Shown here in pieces: positions 63,301 through 64,000 of a DNA stretch of 64,000 nt. Both the position numbers and the translations under genes were made by a program. Numbering within the stretch: the first letter of the stretch is position 1; every line of letters starts with the position of its first letter. This DNA comes from Bugula neritina (lineage: Eukaryota; Animalia; Bryozoa): the NCBI GenBank assembly GCA_964035545.1, contig OZ037772.1:7424889-7488888 (forward strand), written 5' to 3'. The notes beneath the pieces are model-generated. The model worked only from the letters and a program-made list of their open reading frames with translations, ran no database searches and was not told the DNA's origin.

Positions 63301-64000
63301 GATAACTAAAGTTGAAGACAAAGTGTGTACTGTAACAGTGCATCCGCACTCATGACTGGTTTTAAAGAAGCCATTTGTATCATGGTTAGTGGTTGCTTCA
63401 ACAAAATATTTGATACAGATATAACCATATCAAATCCATCAGCAAGATAAATAGATAATCAAAGATATAAATACTAAATGAAACTGAAATTGGGAGAAGT
63501 CATTGTGTAGCGGCTAGAGCGCTGGCCTAGTAAACCCAAGTTCAGCGCTTTGAGTGCCAGCAAAGGTGTTTGGAAGAACATCCAGTCATAATAACTCTTT
63601 TGTCACATATGAATAAGCCTAGGTCAATTCTAAAAACTTTTTTATCAGGGGTTCTCACAGGGATAGTGACTAATAATTTGCGGCAGATTTTTCGTTATGA
63701 AACTGAAAAACAGCTCAGTAATAAGTAAGATGATGTTCTAAGTCTATATTATATATTTATAACTCTTAGATTTACACATAGCCTCAGTTCCAAGCTCACC
63801 TGGAATCTTGATCAACATCTGGACACTCGTAGCCCACCGGGCAGGTGGTGCATTCAGTCTGATTAGCTTCGGCATATGTACCAGTATTACAGGGTATCTC
63901 TATAGCCAGGTTAGTTACTGGACAGGCGTGTCCGGCGGGACAGGAAGTACACTCCGTCTGTAGTCCTACGCTGTATGTACCAGGGTCACAGGCTATGGCT
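181..64000 (-). CDS. Giant multi-exon gene (partial, 94 exons in window) encoding a >5,100-aa Cys-rich repeat protein of GCC2/GCC3 (Ephrin_rec_like) type, probably extracellular or membrane-anchored
   Basis: GC-rich islands in an AT-rich background translate on the minus strand to C-P-x-G-Y-Y-C-P-x-G and C-P-x-G-T-Y/F-N-N-T-G repeats. Every island has AG/GT ends, and exon lengths mod 3 agree with the adjoining phases at all 93 junctions (sum ~15,425 nt). The family assignment is from motif recall, not a search. Confidence 0.93.
546..757 (-). CDS. Cys-repeat gene exon E93
   Basis: AG/GT, phase 1>0. Confidence 0.9.
900..1010. mobile_element. Short MITE (family A), near-palindromic, TA ends
   Basis: TATAAGTCGCTCCCAGTTGGGGGTGACTAGGTGCAGTAGTTTAGGGTT ... 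AACCTTAAACTATTGCACTCAGTCACCCCAACTCGGAGCTGCTTATA are inverted repeats; related copies at 11127 and 39308. Confidence 0.7.
1088..1267 (-). CDS. Cys-repeat gene exon E92
   Basis: AG/GT, phase 1>1. Confidence 0.9.
1438..1616 (-). CDS. Cys-repeat gene exon E91
   Basis: AG/GT, phase 2>1. Confidence 0.9.
1934..2150 (-). CDS. Cys-repeat gene exon E90
   Basis: AG/GT, phase 1>2. Confidence 0.9.
2172..2535. repeat. 20-bp minisatellite (ATACTCAGACTACACACTRT)n filling the intron
   Basis: ~18 tandem units read directly. Confidence 0.95.
2542..2705 (-). CDS. Cys-repeat gene exon E89
   Basis: AG/GT, phase 2>1; alternative in-frame AG at 2730-2731. Confidence 0.8.
2794..2906 (-). CDS. Cys-repeat gene exon E88
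   Basis: AG/GT, phase 0>2; GVD landmark. Confidence 0.88.
3164..3335 (-). CDS. Cys-repeat gene exon E87
   Basis: AG/GT, phase 2>0. Confidence 0.9.
3527..3662 (-). CDS. Cys-repeat gene exon E86
   Basis: AG/GT, phase 1>2. Confidence 0.88.
4191..4352 (-). CDS. Cys-repeat gene exon E85
   Basis: AG/GT, phase 1>1. Confidence 0.9.
5049..5174 (-). CDS. Cys-repeat gene exon E84
   Basis: AG/GT, phase 1>1. Confidence 0.9.
5216..5412 (-). mobile_element. tRNA-derived SINE (family S)
   Basis: Reverse complement matches the 12849 and 26164 copies; B-box GGTTCGAAT. Confidence 0.75.
5681..5914 (-). CDS. Cys-repeat gene exon E83
   Basis: AG/GT, phase 1>1; PSQGADANICP landmark. Confidence 0.9.
6479..6733 (-). 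CDS. Cys-repeat gene exon E82
   Basis: AG/GT, phase 1>1. Confidence 0.9.
   Translation of the reverse strand, partial: VQRNPFCVRLVLIKTKQDSLSARTASRAITVTPQLPPSPTTRTTHAPRAISVPTSPNQHTSILVLAGLSTTAPLSLWGRSVRAV
7074..7215 (-). CDS. Cys-repeat gene exon E81
   Basis: AG/GT, phase 0>1. Confidence 0.9.
7239..7562. repeat. Perfect 15-bp minisatellite (ACAGCAGACTACAGT)n
   Basis: ~21 identical units. Confidence 0.97.
7903..8152. repeat. 15-bp minisatellite (TGTAGTCATAGTCAA)n, degenerate
   Basis: Read directly. Confidence 0.9.
8282..8418 (-). CDS. Cys-repeat gene exon E80
   Basis: AG/GT, phase 1>0. Confidence 0.9.
8888..9138 (-). CDS. Cys-repeat gene exon E79
   Basis: AG/GT, phase 2>1. Confidence 0.88.
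9396..9607 (-). CDS. Cys-repeat gene exon E78
   Basis: AG/GT, phase 0>2. Confidence 0.9.
10201..10391 (-). CDS. Cys-repeat gene exon E77
   Basis: AG/GT, phase 1>0; GVD landmark. Confidence 0.9.
10946..11102 (-). CDS. Cys-repeat gene exon E76
   Basis: AG/GT, phase 0>1. Confidence 0.88.
11127..11224. mobile_element. MITE family A, partial copy
   Basis: Same TIR CTAAACTACTGCACTCAGTCACCCCCAACTCGGTGCTGCTTATA plus an internal hairpin. Confidence 0.65.
11684..11898 (-). CDS. Cys-repeat gene exon E75
   Basis: AG/GT, phase 1>0. Confidence 0.88.
12299..12480 (-). CDS. Cys-repeat gene exon E74
   Basis: AG/GT, phase 2>1. Confidence 0.9.
12849..13047 (+). mobile_element. tRNA-derived SINE (family S)
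   Basis: GCAGCCGTGGT head, B-box GGTTCGAACCC, core GGTGATGTTAGGAAGAGCATCCAGTCATAA, tail CTCACAGGGATAGT. Confidence 0.8.
13166..13400 (-). CDS. Cys-repeat gene exon E73
   Basis: AG/GT, phase 1>2; PRQGPDADICP landmark. Confidence 0.9.
13858..14010 (-). CDS. Cys-repeat gene exon E72
   Basis: AG/GT, phase 1>1. Confidence 0.9.
14541..14624 (-). CDS. Cys-repeat gene exon E71
   Basis: AG/GT, phase 1>1. Confidence 0.9.
14945..15097. repeat. Dispersed repeat family D (other copies ~34415-34575, ~34900-35070, partial ~400-520)
   Basis: Shared AAATCAAGCAAAATTAG ... TATTCAGCTGTATT ... AAAATAGCTAAAA. Confidence 0.65.
15451..15697 (-). CDS. Cys-repeat gene exon E70
   Basis: AG/GT, phase 0>1. Confidence 0.9.
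16332..16339 (+). promoter_or_regulatory. Candidate TATA box of the nested gene
   Basis: TATATAAG ~30 nt upstream of a TCA initiator-like site near 16362. Confidence 0.3.
16362..17198 (+). other. Putative 5'-UTR exons of the nested gene (~16362-16404, 16690-16751, 17143-17198)
   Basis: Consensus donors CAG|GTGAGT (16405), |GTAAGT (16752) and |GTAAGT (17199); acceptors TTTCAG (16689) and TTTGTTTATAG (17142). Transcription start is a guess. Confidence 0.5.
17945..18222 (+). CDS. Nested antisense gene, coding exon; 92-aa basic Pro/Arg/Met/Tyr-rich protein of unknown function
   Basis: GC-richer open frame inside an AT-rich intron, starting right after the acceptor TTGACTACTTTCAG (AG 17943-17944). 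Stop TAA ends at 18222; AATAAA at 18426-18431. ATG formed as A(17198)|TG by splicing, with a second ATG at 17956. Confidence 0.65.
18426..18431 (+). terminator. Candidate polyadenylation signal of the nested gene
   Basis: AATAAA ~200 nt after the stop, following a T-rich UTR-like stretch. Confidence 0.45.
19010..19179. repeat. Tandem array of self-complementary 51-bp units
   Basis: CAGGCTGAGCGTACAGCAATGATTGCTGTACGCTCAGCCTGTGTGTACACA units starting at 19010, 19061 and 19112, with a partial unit at 19163. Confidence 0.95.
19423..19736 (-). CDS. Cys-repeat gene exon E69
   Basis: AG/GT, phase 1>0. Confidence 0.9.
21141..21344 (-). CDS. Cys-repeat gene exon E68
   Basis: AG/GT, phase 1>1. Confidence 0.9.
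21848..24338. mobile_element. Probable ~2.5-kb non-autonomous DNA element
   Basis: Interrupts a degenerate ATTACAAG/GAGTATATT minisatellite that continues on both sides; imperfect terminal inverted repeats (ACAAAACCGGG vs CCCTGTTTTGT); no transposase ORF seen. Confidence 0.4.
24506..24646 (-). CDS. Cys-repeat gene exon E67
   Basis: AG/GT, phase 1>1. Confidence 0.9.
24655..24940. repeat. ~19-bp minisatellite (ATACAGTAGCAGTGTTACC)n filling the intron
   Basis: Read directly. Confidence 0.85.
24945..25063 (-). CDS. Cys-repeat gene exon E66
   Basis: AG/GT, phase 2>1; GVD landmark. Confidence 0.88.
25259..25426 (-). CDS. Cys-repeat gene exon E65
   Basis: AG/GT, phase 2>2. Confidence 0.9.
25854..26070 (-). 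CDS. Cys-repeat gene exon E64
   Basis: AG/GT, phase 1>2. Confidence 0.9.
26164..26361 (+). mobile_element. tRNA-derived SINE (family S)
   Basis: A-box TGGTCTAGGGGTTAG with the same core and tail. Confidence 0.8.
27945..28134. repeat. 47-bp tandem repeat spanning the E63 donor
   Basis: Units near 27988, 28034 and 28081, each containing exon end plus GTATG donor. Confidence 0.9.
28107..28264 (-). CDS. Cys-repeat gene exon E63
   Basis: AG/GT, phase 2>1; donor tandemly duplicated. Confidence 0.87.
28873..29090 (-). CDS. Cys-repeat gene exon E62
   Basis: AG/GT, phase 0>2; PNQGAEADICP landmark. Confidence 0.9.
29601..29767 (-). CDS. Cys-repeat gene exon E61
   Basis: AG/GT, phase 1>0. Confidence 0.9.
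30194..30314 (-). CDS. Cys-repeat gene exon E60
   Basis: AG/GT, phase 0>1; DEEEKWSCKQCPLGYYCDNS. Confidence 0.88.
30385..30692. repeat. 42-bp minisatellite (CCACTGATGACACTAGATGACAGGTGCTAGAAATGTGTGGAG)n
   Basis: ~7 units. Confidence 0.9.
30795..30907 (-). CDS. Cys-repeat gene exon E59
   Basis: AG/GT, phase 1>0. Confidence 0.88.
31117..31296 (-). CDS. Cys-repeat gene exon E58
   Basis: AG/GT, phase 1>1; weak donor GTGGTG, exact end uncertain. Confidence 0.8.
31801..31932 (-). CDS. Cys-repeat gene exon E57
   Basis: AG/GT, phase 1>1. Confidence 0.9.
32291..32462 (-). CDS. Cys-repeat gene exon E56
   Basis: AG/GT, phase 0>1. Confidence 0.9.
32686..32927 (-). CDS. Cys-repeat gene exon E55
   Basis: AG/GT, phase 1>0. 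Confidence 0.9.
33032..33148 (-). CDS. Cys-repeat gene exon E54
   Basis: AG/GT, phase 1>1; GVD landmark. Confidence 0.9.
33431..33577 (-). CDS. Cys-repeat gene exon E53
   Basis: AG/GT, phase 1>1. Confidence 0.9.
34202..34346 (-). CDS. Cys-repeat gene exon E52
   Basis: AG/GT, phase 0>1. Confidence 0.9.
34674..34801 (-). CDS. Cys-repeat gene exon E51
   Basis: AG/GT, phase 1>0. Confidence 0.87.
35157..35339 (-). CDS. Cys-repeat gene exon E50
   Basis: AG/GT, phase 1>1. Confidence 0.9.
35688..35780 (-). CDS. Cys-repeat gene exon E49
   Basis: AG/GT, phase 1>1; LQSVEECVNCTGGSYCPDYN (not in ORF track). Confidence 0.88.
36201..36341 (-). CDS. Cys-repeat gene exon E48
   Basis: AG/GT, phase 1>1. 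Confidence 0.9.
36375..36803 (+). mobile_element. 5'-truncated non-LTR retrotransposon (CR1/L2-like) 3' end
   Basis: ORF ends ...LWNELPIPLRSISNPNEFGRKLRLYLLE*, matching the typical LWNxLP..FK..LK C-terminus of CR1/L2-group ORF2; followed by a 3' UTR, AATAAA and a (CAAA)n tail. Confidence 0.75.
37153..37320 (-). CDS. Cys-repeat gene exon E47
   Basis: AG/GT, phase 1>1. Confidence 0.9.
37930..38063 (-). CDS. Cys-repeat gene exon E46
   Basis: AG/GT, phase 2>1. Confidence 0.9.
38422..38524 (-). CDS. Cys-repeat gene exon E45
   Basis: AG/GT, phase 1>2. Confidence 0.88.
38869..39033 (-). CDS. Cys-repeat gene exon E44
   Basis: AG/GT, phase 1>1. Confidence 0.9.
39308..39403. mobile_element. MITE family A, degenerate copy
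   Basis: AAGCAGCACAGAGTTGG ... CCAACTCGGTGCTGCTT inverted ends. Confidence 0.6.
39445..39703 (-). CDS. Cys-repeat gene exon E43
   Basis: AG/GT, phase 0>1. Confidence 0.9.
39878..40065 (-). CDS. Cys-repeat gene exon E42
   Basis: AG/GT, phase 1>0. Confidence 0.9.
40226..40339 (-). CDS. Cys-repeat gene exon E41
   Basis: AG/GT, phase 1>1. Confidence 0.9.
40492..40662 (-). mobile_element. tRNA-derived SINE (family S)
   Basis: Same core and tail, reverse orientation. Confidence 0.75.
40832..40948 (-). CDS. Cys-repeat gene exon E40
   Basis: AG/GT, phase 1>1; GVD landmark. Confidence 0.88.
41232..41382 (-). CDS. Cys-repeat gene exon E39
   Basis: AG/GT, phase 0>1. Confidence 0.9.
41593..41679 (-). 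CDS. Cys-repeat gene exon E38
   Basis: AG/GT, phase 0>0. Confidence 0.9.
42468..42697 (-). CDS. Cys-repeat gene exon E37
   Basis: AG/GT, phase 1>0. Confidence 0.9.
42895..43050 (-). CDS. Cys-repeat gene exon E36
   Basis: AG/GT, phase 1>1. Confidence 0.9.
43279..43460 (-). CDS. Cys-repeat gene exon E35
   Basis: AG/GT, phase 2>1; PTQSAEEADVCP landmark. Confidence 0.9.
43792..43942 (-). CDS. Cys-repeat gene exon E34
   Basis: AG/GT, phase 1>2. Confidence 0.9.
44780..44959 (-). CDS. Cys-repeat gene exon E33
   Basis: AG/GT, phase 1>1. Confidence 0.9.
45354..45451 (-). CDS. Cys-repeat gene exon E32
   Basis: AG/GT, phase 2>1. Confidence 0.85.
45717..45858 (-). CDS. Cys-repeat gene exon E31
   Basis: AG/GT, phase 1>2; weak donor GTGGGG. 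Confidence 0.83.
46497..46581 (-). mobile_element. SINE family S fragment
   Basis: CTGGATGCTTTTCCTAACATCACC ... CTAGACCACTGCTGCT. Confidence 0.6.
46780..46903 (-). CDS. Cys-repeat gene exon E30
   Basis: AG/GT, phase 0>1. Confidence 0.9.
46922..47299. repeat. 22-bp minisatellite (ACCAGGTAACAGGTGTGATACT)n filling the intron
   Basis: ~17 units. Confidence 0.95.
47309..47468 (-). CDS. Cys-repeat gene exon E29
   Basis: AG/GT, phase 2>0. Confidence 0.9.
47996..48110 (-). CDS. Cys-repeat gene exon E28
   Basis: AG/GT, phase 1>2. Confidence 0.9.
48567..48713 (-). CDS. Cys-repeat gene exon E27
   Basis: AG/GT, phase 1>1. Confidence 0.9.
49297..49475 (-). CDS. Cys-repeat gene exon E26
   Basis: AG/GT, phase 2>1. 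Confidence 0.88.
49512..49678. repeat. (GAGT)n microsatellite
   Basis: Read directly. Confidence 0.95.
49922..50093 (-). CDS. Cys-repeat gene exon E25
   Basis: AG/GT, phase 1>2. Confidence 0.9.
50205..50365 (-). mobile_element. Retroelement 3'-end fragment with (ATCA)n tail
   Basis: Homologous to 60185-60362 (AATTCAGTGTAAATACTGGC ... AAGTCAAAAC ... ATTTAAAGTA), next to (GATT)n. Confidence 0.55.
50545..50688 (-). CDS. Cys-repeat gene exon E24
   Basis: AG/GT, phase 1>1. Confidence 0.9.
51015..51140 (-). CDS. Cys-repeat gene exon E23
   Basis: AG/GT, phase 1>1. Confidence 0.88.
51225..51338 (-). CDS. Cys-repeat gene exon E22
   Basis: AG/GT, phase 1>1. Confidence 0.88.
51540..51683 (-). CDS. 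Cys-repeat gene exon E21
   Basis: AG/GT, phase 1>1. Confidence 0.88.
52156..52287 (-). CDS. Cys-repeat gene exon E20
   Basis: AG/GT, phase 1>1. Confidence 0.88.
52302..52500. repeat. ~24-26-bp minisatellite (TTCATATACATAGACATRGA...)n
   Basis: Read directly. Confidence 0.85.
52680..52762 (-). CDS. Cys-repeat gene exon E19
   Basis: AG/GT, phase 2>1. Confidence 0.85.
53155..53371 (-). CDS. Cys-repeat gene exon E18
   Basis: AG/GT, phase 1>2; acceptor tandemly repeated, exon may extend in frame to 53470. Confidence 0.8.
53364..53478. repeat. 16-bp repeat (ATATAGTAACCTGAAT)n spanning the E18 acceptor
   Basis: Read directly. Confidence 0.9.
53946..54051 (-). CDS. Cys-repeat gene exon E17
   Basis: AG/GT, phase 0>1. 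Confidence 0.88.
54300..54439 (-). CDS. Cys-repeat gene exon E16
   Basis: AG/GT, phase 1>0. Confidence 0.87.
54922..55068 (-). CDS. Cys-repeat gene exon E15
   Basis: AG/GT, phase 1>1. Confidence 0.88.
55145..55348 (-). mobile_element. tRNA-derived SINE (family S)
   Basis: Full-length match to the other copies, reverse orientation. Confidence 0.8.
55556..55748 (-). CDS. Cys-repeat gene exon E14
   Basis: AG/GT, phase 0>1. Confidence 0.9.
56006..56223 (-). CDS. Cys-repeat gene exon E13
   Basis: AG/GT, phase 1>0. Confidence 0.88.
56807..56946 (-). CDS. Cys-repeat gene exon E12
   Basis: AG/GT, phase 2>1. Confidence 0.9.
57303..57398 (-). CDS. Cys-repeat gene exon E11
   Basis: AG/GT, phase 2>2. 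Confidence 0.9.
57411..57812. repeat. 12-bp minisatellite (GTATACAGTAGA)n
   Basis: ~33 units. Confidence 0.97.
58356..58539 (-). CDS. Cys-repeat gene exon E10
   Basis: AG/GT, phase 1>2. Confidence 0.9.
58947..59096 (-). CDS. Cys-repeat gene exon E9
   Basis: AG/GT, phase 1>1. Confidence 0.88.
59514..59695 (-). CDS. Cys-repeat gene exon E8
   Basis: AG/GT, phase 2>1 (acceptor TTTAG; the AG at 59682-59683 is phase-incompatible). Confidence 0.87.
60044..60170 (-). CDS. Cys-repeat gene exon E7
   Basis: AG/GT, phase 1>2. Confidence 0.9.
60185..60362 (-). mobile_element. Retroelement 3'-end fragment with (ATCA)n tail
   Basis: Second copy of the 50205 element. Confidence 0.55.
60645..60860 (-). 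CDS. Cys-repeat gene exon E6
   Basis: AG/GT, phase 1>1. Confidence 0.9.
61236..61433 (-). CDS. Cys-repeat gene exon E5
   Basis: AG/GT, phase 1>1. Confidence 0.88.
61940..62047 (-). CDS. Cys-repeat gene exon E4
   Basis: AG/GT, phase 1>1. Confidence 0.9.
62310..62546 (-). CDS. Cys-repeat gene exon E3
   Basis: AG/GT, phase 1>1. Confidence 0.88.
62895..63110. repeat. ~36-bp degenerate repeat spanning the E2 donor
   Basis: TCACAGTGAGTGTCTCTACA ... AATGACTCAT units. Confidence 0.8.
63095..63279 (-). CDS. Cys-repeat gene exon E2
   Basis: AG/GT, phase 2>1. Confidence 0.85.
63494..63675 (+). mobile_element. tRNA-derived SINE (family S), degenerate
   Basis: GGAAGAACATCCAGTCATAA core and CTCACAGGGATAGTGACTAAT tail. 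Confidence 0.7.
63800..64000 (-). CDS. Cys-repeat gene exon E1 (truncated by window edge)
   Basis: Donor GTGAG at 63799, phase 2; open Cys-rich frame to the window end. Confidence 0.88.

Overview
Eukaryotic (probably invertebrate metazoan; inferred from the intron density, SINEs and LINE remnants) genomic DNA. The whole window lies inside one giant minus-strand gene. I traced 94 consecutive GT-AG exons (E1 partial at 63800-64000 to E94 at 181-319) whose phases are compatible at all 93 junctions. They give ~15.4 kb of reading frame (~5,140 aa) with neither start nor stop in the window. The protein consists of Cys-rich C-P-x-G-[YFH]-[YF]-C-P / C-P-x-G-T-[YF]-N repeats (GCC2/GCC3, Ephrin_rec_like type), rich in N-x-T/S sequons, and is organised into a ~680-aa higher-order repeat (at least 5 copies). 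The largest intron (15698-19422) appears to hold a spliced antisense nested gene encoding a 92-aa protein I do not recognise, whose ATG would be created by splicing. It is followed by a tandem array that is palindromic every ~25 bp. Other introns contain a tRNA-derived SINE family, MITEs, a LINE 3' end, many intron-filling minisatellites, and tandem duplications of the splice junctions themselves. All coordinates were read by eye; no searches were run.
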